A stretch of 64,000 nucleotides of DNA from Marsupella aquatica (lineage: Eukaryota; Plantae; Marchantiophyta), in assembly GCA_973895155.1 (NCBI GenBank), contig OZ316898.1, positions 1,304,751 to 1,368,750 of the forward strand, written 5' to 3'. The notes under the pieces were generated by a model. That model made no database searches. It worked only from the letters and a program-made list of their open reading frames with translations, and was not told the origin of the DNA. Below are positions 27,102 to 37,060 of this stretch, piece by piece. The stretch's first letter is position 1; each line of letters starts with the position of its first letter. Made by a program: the position numbers and the translations under genes.

Positions 27102-30100
27102 TTATTGACCTTTTGACGGTCCATTAGTCCAAACATAATGAGTAGCACTTGCTTTGAGTGATTTGTAACCAGTTCTACCGATTTCAGTCCCCAGTTTCCA
27201 AAAAAAAGGGAGAATTACGGGGCTTCCAGTAGAAGAATCTGTGAAAACAAGCTTATTCTCTGAAGCGCAAAACATTTGGTCCAAGGGAGAGGACGATGCA
27301 CCTGCCTCGTCCTGAGGGGGAGTATGGAAGCCACTAGCTTTCTTAGTAGAGAAAATCTCATCCAGTTGAGGAGGGCTTGGAATTGGTTGGCTAACTGCAT
27401 CCTGCAGGGTGGATTCCCAACCAACATCCAAGGTTGAAGACTGTTGTTCACGTTGTGCATCCCCAAGGCCACCCGATGAAGGAACACTTGGAACATCGAG
27501 ATCATCTCGAGCATCATTTCCAAATTCAGGGAGTATTTCACCCTCCTCTTCCATGTAGCTTGTAATTTTCGGGCCCTCCGTTTTGCGATGCTCTAAATTC
27601 TCCGCAAATACTTTCTCATAAACACTGGCTTCCACTGGAGCTATGTCTGCGGCCGCCTCTTCTATAAGAACGAGGGGACCAGCAGTAATTTCCTCAGATG
27701 GTAACGGCTCCTTGGGTGGCACATATAAAACTTGCTTGTTGTCATGAAGGAGCTGAGCAAAGGCTTCAGTGAATTCCATCTCTTGAGCTGTGTTCGAATA
27801 CACAAAACAATCCCGACCAAGAATGACACAAGCTTTCAATGTCTGTCCTCCAGAGAAGAAATCCAACACTGTATGACCTGGGCACGAGAAATAATCAACA
27901 AGACGCTTTGTCATTCGCAAAGGCTTTGCTCTCGGATTTACAAAGCCACCACGCCGACCGACCATCTCATAAGATGGGGCCATCTTCTCCAAAACATCGA
28001 CATCAACAGTGGATTCATCGAGCTTCTCTTTCCCCTTTGATTGGTCTTTGTTGTTCCCAGTAGGGGCCTTCAAAGGCAAGACTGTGAAGTCTTTGTCCCA
28101 CTTCTCACTGTAGTTCCAGAACGCATAAAAGTCATCAAAGAAAATTTGGGACCAGTCTGGTTCCTCTTCACAACAAATTCCCCCAAAGATGATTGAGTCT
28201 CGAGCTCCAATGAGAAAATCTCCCTCCTCCTTGGGCACCTGATCACGGTAGTAGCTCCCGTACTCCAGCTTCGTGTGCACTTTCTTCTCACGACGAATCT
28301 TTTCAAAGGCACTCTGAATCTGGCCTATCAATGGGCCTTGACGGACAAAAAAGATTACTAAGACCTCCGTTGAGTTCGCCATCTGCAAGCAATACTCCAG
28401 CAAGACAAAAATTTTGGCATCTGTCCACTGCCGTTGTCGAATACGACCAAAATCGACAATGGAGAGTGGACACGTCCTTTGCACCGAGTCAACAACCTCA
28501 GGCTTCATTGTCCTCATCAAATTATCACTAAAAAATGTGCGATAAGGAGTATCCTCCATTGAAGGCAATCCGCCAAATACCTTGCAATATATCTGCTCAA
28601 GCCTCACAATGAGACTTTGCGGAAATGGGTCTTTTGGCCTATTTCTTTTTAGGAGGTTGGAAATCCAAACCTCTCCAGCAAGTTGTCTAAGTTTGGGCAA
28701 CTCACCACGATCCATAAATGCAGGCAACAATTGAGTTAGCTCAAACCAAGTGAGTGAATTGGTAAACCGATCCGGATACTTCAAAACGAAGTACTCCACA
28801 ATTTTACCCTCAGCTTGGTCATGACTTTGAAAGTATGAGCCATATCACTCATTGATTGAATATCAGATTTGTTGGCTTGGTCTTTCTTCAATAAAACCTT
28901 CTGTTGTTGAACGGCAGTAAAAACTTTCAGAATGTCGTCATTACTCAGGTCTCCTTCAAAGCATCTAAACAATGCTGGCGTAATCATTTTTGTTGTCCGG
29001 GCTTTCCCGTTTATTTTTGAACCTAACTCCCCTAGACCATCCGGAAGAAGTCCCTTGACCCAATCGATGCACATTTGTCTCCAAGTTCGGAAGAGGTTCT
29101 CATCCGAAAACAACAACCAAAAAATATTCCTCAGATCGGATTTTCCAGTCGTTATTTTGGCAAGGGCCATAAAATCTTGGTCCAAACAGTACAAAACAAA
29201 TCTGAGGCTCGAGACGATCTCGAGGTAGAATTAAGGAACTATGGTAAAATTTATGGGGAATACATGAAGATAAATCAAATACAGAAACTTGACCTCGAGG
29301 CTCGAGACAATCTCGAGCTCGAAGTGGATTTGAGTTCAAATATACCTGGAACTTTTGATGATCCGTTAGTCTATTGGACCCAATCACGGGTCTCTCCGGA
29401 CGGCCACACTCGTCAAACTGTCGACGCGCATGGACCATAGTATCAAGAAAATAGGACTCATACTCCATTGTCTTATTAACAGCATTTGCCCTTTGTGAGT
29501 GTTGAGCAAGTATTGTCCTTGGAGTTCTGTCCGAAAGAATTCGTGACTTTCGATATTGCAGACTCTTCGCGACCTCCTTCAACTTTGCATCGCTCTTAGC
29601 CCAATCTATGATCCAAACAGCTGCTTTTGCCGAGTGTTGTCCACTGATTGCAAGGAACTGCACCTTCTTATTCTTAACACCCCACTCAAACTCCTTTCGA
29701 TCCTCAGCAGTATTCTCATAATGGAGCAACTGCAAACTCTCTCTTGAATACGGAATTAAATCCGCCACAGCTGGTACCATTCCAGGGTTTCTAACCATGG
29801 ATTTTGCGACCTCCATGGCATGGTCTTTATTGAACATCCTATAAACCAAAACTGCAGATGGCGAATCTATACTGGTGACAGGAATGTCAAAAGTTTCATT
29901 CATGCCAAATGTGTAATACTCCTCAATCTCCTTAAGAACTTCGGCTCCTTCCTTAACGCTCTTTTCTCCCGGAGCATCTCCTGGAGTGCCATCATCATCG
30001 GTATGTGCATTCACACCCGAGGAAGATGCCGGAATGAGATCTACCTTGGGCGATGCGGACTTTTTTGGAGGATGAGCCTTCTTCGATTTGATTTCGGGTT

Positions 30101-30875
30101 TGTCAACCCTCTTCCTCTTTTGAGACACCTTCGCTTCCTTTTTGTCCGAACCGGAGGTCTTGTCTCCTGCAGCTACGGATTTCACTTTACCTGTTTGTCT
30201 CCGATGAGACAACACCCACTTTTTACAAGCATCCTAGTCAAATTCTCCGGCTCCAAACACAAAATCAGGGGATATAGATTCAAACTCCCCCAATTTGGAT
30301 TCCAACATTAGTCTCAAAACCTTCCACGTGAAAGGAGTCGTGAATGCATCATCGCGATCAAGCCCATACTTCCGACAATAAAGGAATCCAAAAATTATGT
30401 CCACTCCAGATATAGGAGTATCTTCTAGCAAATTACTTGTAGTAAAACCCTCGGGGAAGAAACCCATTGATATCACGCTCAGTTGTTTCCTGGCTGCACG
30501 TTCAATGTTAAGATCGCAAGAGTAGTTTTTGGCGTGAAGTCTAATTAGAGCCCACTTCCCTGTTTCGTGGTTCTCCACCGTCAAAACCATGTCCTTACCG
30601 TTACTCGTCACAATAGAAACAACAGGCCCTAGAAGGCTGCACACCAGAGGATCGACTGATGGAGACCTCGTCTTCACACAAATAATAGTTCCTTCCATGT
30701 CTTCAGTTTCAGCAAGCTCAATGGCCCAACAGAATCTAAATAAACTCTGTCCAGGGCAGGAAATCTCAATTGCATGTTCATCTTCGACTACCAAATTAGG
30801 CGATCCCAATTTCGCACCTGGTACAGCAAAAATGTAGCAATTGTCAGGAACATGTACTACAAAACCAAGAAACAA
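27102..30875 (-). pseudogene. Transposon cargo: ~1200-aa multi-domain protein (unknown N-terminus, basic linker, ParB/Srx-like domain, helical region, permuted N6A/N4C DNA-methyltransferase-like domain, acidic tail), disrupted
   Basis: ORFs 30875-30234 and 30215-29100 share a frame, separated by one TAG. The ParB-like segment reads FDIPVTSI...YRMFNKDHAMEVAKSM...FLAISGQHSAKAA. An intron runs from 29345 to about 29177 and a 1-nt frameshift lies near 28800. The MTase-like C-terminal motif is NPRAKPLRMTKRLVDYFSCPGHTVLDFFSGGQTLKACVILGR. Confidence 0.65.
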
Positions 30876-32029
30876 ATAGGTGGCTCGAGATGATCTCGAT
30901 CTTCAGTTTACTATTCAGACATGTTCCAATGCCATTTCATCCGTGGAATTTAAAAAGAGATTTCAAACCCAAGAATCCCAGGAAACACAATAGGCTCGAG
31001 ATGATCTCGAGCCATCATCTGTTTAAAAGAAAAAGATAAGGGCTCGAGATGATCTCGATCCACATATATATCAGTTGAGGCTTTATTCCAACTGGTCCAA
31101 AAGGCAAGCTTGGATCACATTGAAAAGGATATTAGTAATTGAAGTAGACAACAAGGAGTCCTTCCAACTAGAAGAAATTGGCCAAGGGAAACGAATGAAC
31201 ATAAGGGAAGACGGTGTGGGATATATTCGGCTCGAGACAATCTCGAGCCTAACATATCAAATGAGTGATCTGAATATCATATTCAACAATTAACATCATA
31301 TTCAATCAACGATAAAAAATCCACTTTCTCCATTAACTTCTGATACCCACAAACCCGTTCGGATGTCAATGATCAGAACGAGTTGGAGGGCACAGAAGTC
31401 CCTGGAGGAAGGAAATTTTAGATATTTTGGATATGATGTTCAATTTTGAAGGGTAAGGGTTTCCAACTTGAAGAAATCTCACTAGGTCACATGCAGGAAT
31501 TGCATATTGGCTCGAGACGATCTCGAGCCTCATGCCACTTACATCAAATGCAAAATCAATTAATAGATCACAACTTTTGAAACAAAGTATTGGAGAAAAC
31601 ATCAATAGGCTCGAGATGATCTCAAGCCTCAACGGCATCCAAGGAATCCAAAAACAAGTGGACCAATTGAAGCTCGAGACAATCTCGAGTTAAACCTGAA
31701 CAGAACAAAGATGAAGAATTACGTTTAATGGTGCGATGGATCTGATGTGCTGAGTCTAGATGGGTCTGGAGCTCTTCACCAACGGTTGCAAGGTTGTACT
31801 CAGCGAAGTCCTCCTTGGAGAAATCTACAACAGTCGACATGGCTGGTGATGAGAGGAACGTACTACGGGCTGAGAACTTAAAAAAAATCTCGAGCCTAAA
31901 AAGAAAATCTCGACCCTATCGAAGCTCGAGCCTAAACACAAGATCTTGACCCTATAAAATCTCGAGGAAAAAACCTAATCTCGATCCTCTGCAATCTCGA
32001 GGCTAATAGAAGGATCTCGAGGCAAGAGC

Positions 32030-32470
32030 GCGAAACGATCTAGAGGCAAGGAGGCAAGGGACGCGAGGAGGCGAAGAGGCAAAGAGGCGAGGAGGCAAAT
32101 GTGAAAATGGGGAATTCAAAACCCCTGAAGCCACTATAAGCCCCTCGGGGGTCGGCCTTGGCCGTGCCAAGCGTGCCAGGGCTCGTGCAGGCTCAGGCAG
32201 GCTGCCACGCAACCTACTGGGTGCGTACAGTCATTATTACGGTCACACGTGTTGTCATTATTGTTATTCGTATTTCAGCCCTGCCGCAAGTTTAGCCGTG
32301 ACACAAGTTCAACCATTCCGTCTTATTGCCCTTTTTGTCTGTCAGGGTTTTATATATTGCTTCTCCTTGCTCTTCAGCGGGTCATTCTTCTCATTTCATT
32401 TCACCGCTCGCTCGTTTCTTCCTCTACCTCTCTGCTCTCTCTCCCTCTCCCTCTCCCTCTCTCTGGCTCT
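32030..32470. promoter_or_regulatory. Putative bidirectional promoter of the transposon (cargo on -, transposase on +)
   Basis: On the - strand a TATA-like CTTATAG (about 32134-32140) is followed by a CT-rich leader (32045-32100). On the + strand TTTTATATA (about 32348-32356) is followed by a CT-rich leader (32420-32465). A GC-rich core lies between them. Confidence 0.5.
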
Positions 32471-32993
32471 AGATTTGTGCTCTGATCACTTTCTGTTGTT
32501 CTTTTCAAGGGTTTTGGAGTGTACGTTTGTGTTTAGGATATTTCGAGAAATTGTCATTTTAAGCCCCGAAGGAGGTCTAAAATAATTGAGCTCCTATCTT
32601 TTAGAAAACCGAACCTTTTCAGCTTATACTAATGTCGGTCAAAATCCATTTGGAAGCCTTTTCCCTCTATTTGATGGCCTTTTAGAAGCTTTTTCTCAGT
32701 GTCTGGAAGTAAACTGGGAGCCTACTTTCTTAATTGCACCAAATCATTCCTCTAGATCATCTAGAGCCATTTATATGTTCTTATTTTGGGTGGCTTATTA
32801 TTCCTAATAGTTTCTTTGTCAAATACAATGTCCTTTTTGGCTCGAGATCATCTCGAGTCATAAGTTTGGTCCTCAAACTTATTCACTTTCCCCTTCTTTC
32901 TAATGGTGCATTTGGTTTTCCTTCTTATAATAAATGTTTTTAGAGTGTCGGAGGTATAGAATCTTAGTTCGATATTCAGTGAGATTCATATTT

Positions 32994-33222
32994 TACCTCG
33001 AGATCGTCTCGAGCTAAATACTTCTGAATTTTTACATATTGGTGTTTTTGGTCCCTTTTCTACCTCGAGATCATCTCGAGCTAAATACTTCTGAATTTTT
33101 ACATATTGGTTGTTTTGGTCCCTCTTCTACCTCGAGATCGTCTCGAGCTAAATACTTCTGAATTTTGACGTATTGGTGTTTTTGTCCCTCTTCTACCTCG
33201 AGATCGTCTCGAGGTAGAAGAG
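32994..33222 (+). repeat. ~67-bp tandem repeat (3+ units), each carrying one palindrome; ends in a 35-bp hairpin at 33188-33222
   Basis: Unit TACCTCGAGATC(G/A)TCTCGAGCTAAATACTTCTGAATTTTTACATATTGGTGTTTTTGGTCCC...TTC. The last copy extends to CTCTTCTACCTCGAGA-TCG-TCTCGAGGTAGAAGAG. Confidence 0.92.
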
Positions 33223-33345
33223 CTTCTTATTTTCTCTATCACACAATTTTGTGGGATAAACTTCTACACTTGGGTTTTTGTAGTCACTTTACCTCGAGAT
33301 CATCTCGAGGTAACTACATCCAACGGTTTGGGCCACGTTTTCAAA

Positions 33346-36300
33346 ATGGGGAGTTTCTCTCGAGGGGACAAGGTGTGCCTCGTAATCGACGGAGTGGAAG
33401 TTGCTTGTGGGACGGTCCTCAAGGTTGACCCGGGTGACTCAATGCGTAATGTTGATTTGGGAAGTAATCGTATAGGAGTTCTCATTGAGAAGTGCTATGA
33501 GGGATCACGGGAAATTCCTTACCCTTTGCCGCCGATCAGGACCCTGTTTGATGTTGTCAACTCTTGCATTATTTGGGATGCCTCTTTTGCATATTTGAAG
33601 TCACAGTCAACTCCAACGACAACGAAAATGGATGCCTCCTGTTCTACAAAGGATACGGTTCCGGGTTTTGTACCAGAGAAATCGTCGGTGGAAAGTTTTG
33701 GAGACTCGATTGTATCTGGCGATGAAGTCGAGGTCTGGATCGGCAATCAGATTGTGGCTCGTGGATTTGTGTTCAAGACGAATCCCGATGAGACATGTCA
33801 CAATGAAAGACTTGGCACTTCTAGGATTAGTGTGAAAATATGTGAAGTTTTTCAAGGAAGGGAGAGGTTACCCTTTCCTCACAATGGAGCCGATACCGTT
33901 CAGGAAGCATTGGATACTTTTGTATTGTGGAATTTAAAGGATGTTACTCGGAGGAGTTCTTCCCGGGATATGCTAAACAACCTGTCCAGACAGGATGTTT
34001 TTTCAAATTATAATTTCAAGGATTATAGTTTGCGTTCTAATTGGATGACCGAGGAGGTGGAATTGTATGCTGAGGATAATCGGACCAAAGTGGGGGTTGG
34101 CATCATCACAGTTCCTTTCGAGTCAGGTGCAATTGATGATGATGTTCTTGGACCAGATCACATTGGGGTTGCTGTCACACGCGTGATTGACCCTCTATTT
34201 TTCCCAAATATCTCCCCAGGAGTGCCTGGTCTTGTTAGGTGGGCCGTCCGTTCACTTTTGCTGATATCAAGGGGTATTTTTCTTCTGGATCTCATTGAAG
34301 AGGTTTCTCCGAAACCAATTATTGATGGTCGAGATCATCTAGAGGTAGATATGAAAGGTGACACTGAGTTTTTGAAGCGCCCGTATAATTTCATCAAGAG
34401 AACGAAGGTCAACCCAGATGAAAAAAGGAAGAAGCACTTGGAGTCTCGGGCGATACTGAAAATCACAGAGGAGGAAATCGACTCCATCCAAAGAGAAGGT
34501 TGTTGTAAGTTGAAGTGTTGCCTCAGCATGCCGAGAGAAGACCTACAGGAGATAAGGAGAGAATACCATGGGATGTCAAGTGACAACAAAACCAGTCACA
34601 TTCTCACTCTTTTTGGCTGTAGGGAGAAGGAAGTGGAGACAAAAGGATATTTTGTTGTAAGAAGTAGACTTGTTTGCAAGGGTGCATTTAGTAAAATGCA
34701 TGGATTCAGCACTGCCAAGTATTATGATTACAAAAATCAATATGAAGCAGGTTGCACGGTTGGATTCCACGGAAACAAGGGTTCACACAAGACACGGGGA
34801 AGCACCTTGCATGCTTGTGCTTTGTTGGAGTCCATTCTAACCCAAAACGGAGAACCCATGCCACATCTTCCCTATGGAGGGTCTCACGGGACTGACACGG
34901 TTGAGTACAGACTTCCATCTTGTTTCACGAAGAAAGAGATTTTTGAGGAGGTATACTCAAAAATGGAATTAGATGGCTACGTGAAGGTGAGTGAAAACAC
35001 TATGTATAAACTCTGGAGTGAGTCCTTCATGAATTTTGACTTTCACAAGGGAAGTGCATTTGCAAAGTGTACACTTTGCACTGAGTTCAAAGATCAGTTG
35101 ATGCGGGAGAAGAGAAAGAAAGAGCGTTTAGAGATTGAGGAAAGAAGAGCTCGCCATCTTCGTGAGCAAATGTCTAGGAGATATGTTTACTATGCTCATA
35201 GGGTTCTTGCGAAGAAGGATCCTGAGAACTATCTTTGCATTATACATGACAAGATGGACCAGGCCAAGACATGGATCCCTAGGTTGGTCCCCACTCCTAA
35301 ATCATTGTCTGGTAGTGGTCAACCGCTCCCCATTGCGCTCACTGGGATGTTGACCCATGGAAGGGATCCCGGAGTGTATGCTCACTTCAGTTTTACTGGG
35401 CTTTGGCCAGGAGATGCAGACTTCACAGTGACATCATTGACCAAGTGCCTTAGAGATCTGGAGGATTACAAGGGGGACAAATCTGGAGACCTCCTTGAAG
35501 GATTATATTGGGCTGCAACGAGGCCAATTTTTCAATCTCTTTTGGACTTTGAAGCATTTCTCGCAGGTTACTTAGAACCCAAAAAAGTCTCAATTGCTAG
35601 ATTTCAAGGAGCTGAAGATGACCAAGACGACTTTGGTGTTGATCCCAAGGCTACGTCTACCTCTTTCAAACCATTGCCAAGGCACCTGACCTTGCAAATG
35701 GATAATTCAGGGAAAGATAACAAAAACCAGTACGTGATGGCATTTTGCAGTGAGCTTGTTAGTAGAGGGGTTTTTGAAACAGTGCAGATGTCGTTTCTCA
35801 TGGTTGGTCACACCCATGAGGATGTCGATGCATTGTTTTCAAAAGTATCCAACCAAGTGAAGTACAAGGAGGTTTCTACCCTCTTGGGGTTGATGGCTGA
35901 GGTTTGGGAGTGTGAAAGCATTCATCCTGTGCCACGGTTGATCCAAGAGGTTGCAGCTTACAAAGAGTTTTTGAAAAATTTCAAGGTAAAAGACATAGAG
36001 GGTCACTCAAAACCAGTGGCATTTCTTTTCTCTATGAGAGATAATGTTCCAATATATCAATACAAAGCACATGTGAAACAACCTTGGTACCCTCCAACCG
36101 GAAGGTCCATTTGGAGAACTGATTCCAGCACCAATGCTCTCATTTTACCAGAAGGTCAACCGTTTGCAAAACCCATCTCCGGGGATGTACGAGGCAAGGT
36201 TGAAGAAATCATCCCATTCCTTAATCGTTACATTGAGTTTTTGAAGAAGAGCTGTAAGGATGAGACCTCTACAGCATATCGTGAGCGGTTTCCTTTGGTG

Positions 36301-37035
36301 AAATATTGGGAGATGGTGGTGCAAGTATTATCTGGGGAGCTTACAATTGAAGGGGAGGCAGAAATACAGTTAGCATTGACATATGAATTCTGGCCAAAAA
36401 CCAACCACGGAACTGGTTACAAGGTTAATAGTACAGGAACCTCTGAACCATTGGGGGAGCCTAGTAGTAGTACACAGAATCCACAAATGGTGGAGCTTCA
36501 GAATGAGTACCTGGAAGAGATGGAGGATCAAGCTGCAACATTTGTTGGTGCTCGACACGAGCGAGAACTTGCACGTTGGATTCCTCTGCAGGACATTCAA
36601 GAGGGTCACTTTGTATTTCTCCGTCCAGAGGATAAATGGGAAAAGAAGAATGGGAAAGAACGTTTCTGGTTGGTGAGAGCTTTGGGTGTTGTGGACCCAA
36701 ACCATGAGGTTCCTTCAGAAGACTTGCAATGCAATGAGAATTCTCCTACTAGTACACGGTATGCTCCTATGTTCCAAGTGCAATGGTGGAGGCCTAAACA
36801 TGTTAAGCATGATGCACCGGATCATATGCGATATTCACGTTGCTTTCAGACCACTAAGACTTGGGAGGTGGATCCTGGGTTTGACAGTGCCACTGAACGT
36901 TGGCAATTTGCTAATTCTGCTATGTATGGATTCAAGTCACGCTCTAGAGAAGAAAATATAATTGATAGAGGTTTGACCATTCCCAAGAATGTTTTGAAAA
37001 CACTCAAAACCTACATGGAAGGGATTGTTGAGTAA
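33346..37035 (+). CDS. DDE transposase, Sola-like (DUF7869-type core), with three N-terminal Tnp1/En-Spm-like repeats and a C-terminal beta-rich module; intact 1229 aa from ATG 33346
   Basis: Cys clusters CCKLKCC and KCTLC...RARH. Catalytic-type motifs IIHDKMDQAK, LQMDNSGKDNKN and SFLMVGHTHEDVDALFS. No stops or frameshifts. Lies between TIRs with a 4-bp TSD. Confidence 0.82.
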   Translation: MGSFSRGDKVCLVIDGVEVACGTVLKVDPGDSMRNVDLGSNRIGVLIEKCYEGSREIPYPLPPIRTLFDVVNSCIIWDASFAYLKSQSTPTTTKMDASCSTKDTVPGFVPEKSSVESFGDSIVSGDEVEVWIGNQIVARGFVFKTNPDETCHNERLGTSRISVKICEVFQGRERLPFPHNGADTVQEALDTFVLWNLKDVTRRSSSRDMLNNLSRQDVFSNYNFKDYSLRSNWMTEEVELYAEDNRTKVGVGIITVPFESGAIDDDVLGPDHIGVAVTRVIDPLFFPNISPGVPGLVRWAVRSLLLISRGIFLLDLIEEVSPKPIIDGRDHLEVDMKGDTEFLKRPYNFIKRTKVNPDEKRKKHLESRAILKITEEEIDSIQREGCCKLKCCLSMPREDLQEIRREYHGMSSDNKTSHILTLFGCREKEVETKGYFVVRSRLVCKGAFSKMHGFSTAKYYDYKNQYEAGCTVGFHGNKGSHKTRGSTLHACALLESILTQNGEPMPHLPYGGSHGTDTVEYRLPSCFTKKEIFEEVYSKMELDGYVKVSENTMYKLWSESFMNFDFHKGSAFAKCTLCTEFKDQLMREKRKKERLEIEERRARHLREQMSRRYVYYAHRVLAKKDPENYLCIIHDKMDQAKTWIPRLVPTPKSLSGSGQPLPIALTGMLTHGRDPGVYAHFSFTGLWPGDADFTVTSLTKCLRDLEDYKGDKSGDLLEGLYWAATRPIFQSLLDFEAFLAGYLEPKKVSIARFQGAEDDQDDFGVDPKATSTSFKPLPRHLTLQMDNSGKDNKNQYVMAFCSELVSRGVFETVQMSFLMVGHTHEDVDALFSKVSNQVKYKEVSTLLGLMAEVWECESIHPVPRLIQEVAAYKEFLKNFKVKDIEGHSKPVAFLFSMRDNVPIYQYKAHVKQPWYPPTGRSIWRTDSSTNALILPEGQPFAKPISGDVRGKVEEIIPFLNRYIEFLKKSCKDETSTAYRERFPLVKYWEMVVQVLSGELTIEGEAEIQLALTYEFWPKTNHGTGYKVNSTGTSEPLGEPSSSTQNPQMVELQNEYLEEMEDQAATFVGARHERELARWIPLQDIQEGHFVFLRPEDKWEKKNGKERFWLVRALGVVDPNHEVPSEDLQCNENSPTSTRYAPMFQVQWWRPKHVKHDAPDHMRYSRCFQTTKTWEVDPGFDSATERWQFANSAMYGFKSRSREENIIDRGLTIPKNVLKTLKTYMEGIVE

Positions 37036-37060
37036 GTCAAATGTTTTTTAGTAGTCACTC

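Larger units (their letters stand above)
26701..33309. repeat. Dispersed 17-bp palindrome CTCGAGA-NNN-TCTCGAG, about 18 full or near-full copies in this span plus further variants
   Basis: Copies start at 26701, 27495, 29208, 29301, 30884, 30995, 31043, 31231, 31511, 31610, 31673, 32750, 32841, 32997, 33064, 33131, 33197 and 33293. Variants lie at 25338, 25579 and 34328, and a half-site cluster at about 31885-32045. Confidence 0.95.

Noticed and set aside
29075-30311. + strand ORFs overlapping the cargo gene, and other antisense ORFs over host genes and transposase
   Set aside because: Shadow frames of real coding sequence on the opposite strand, with no motifs.
32994-33222. CRISPR-like look of palindromic repeats with regular spacing
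   Set aside because: The sequences between palindromes are near-identical (a tandem repeat), not unique spacers. No cas genes are present and the context is eukaryotic.
35806-35826. GHTHED read as an HUH endonuclease motif (Helitron/Replitron)
   Set aside because: It follows D..D and DN..K.NKN motifs typical of a DDE core, and the element has TIRs with a TSD.
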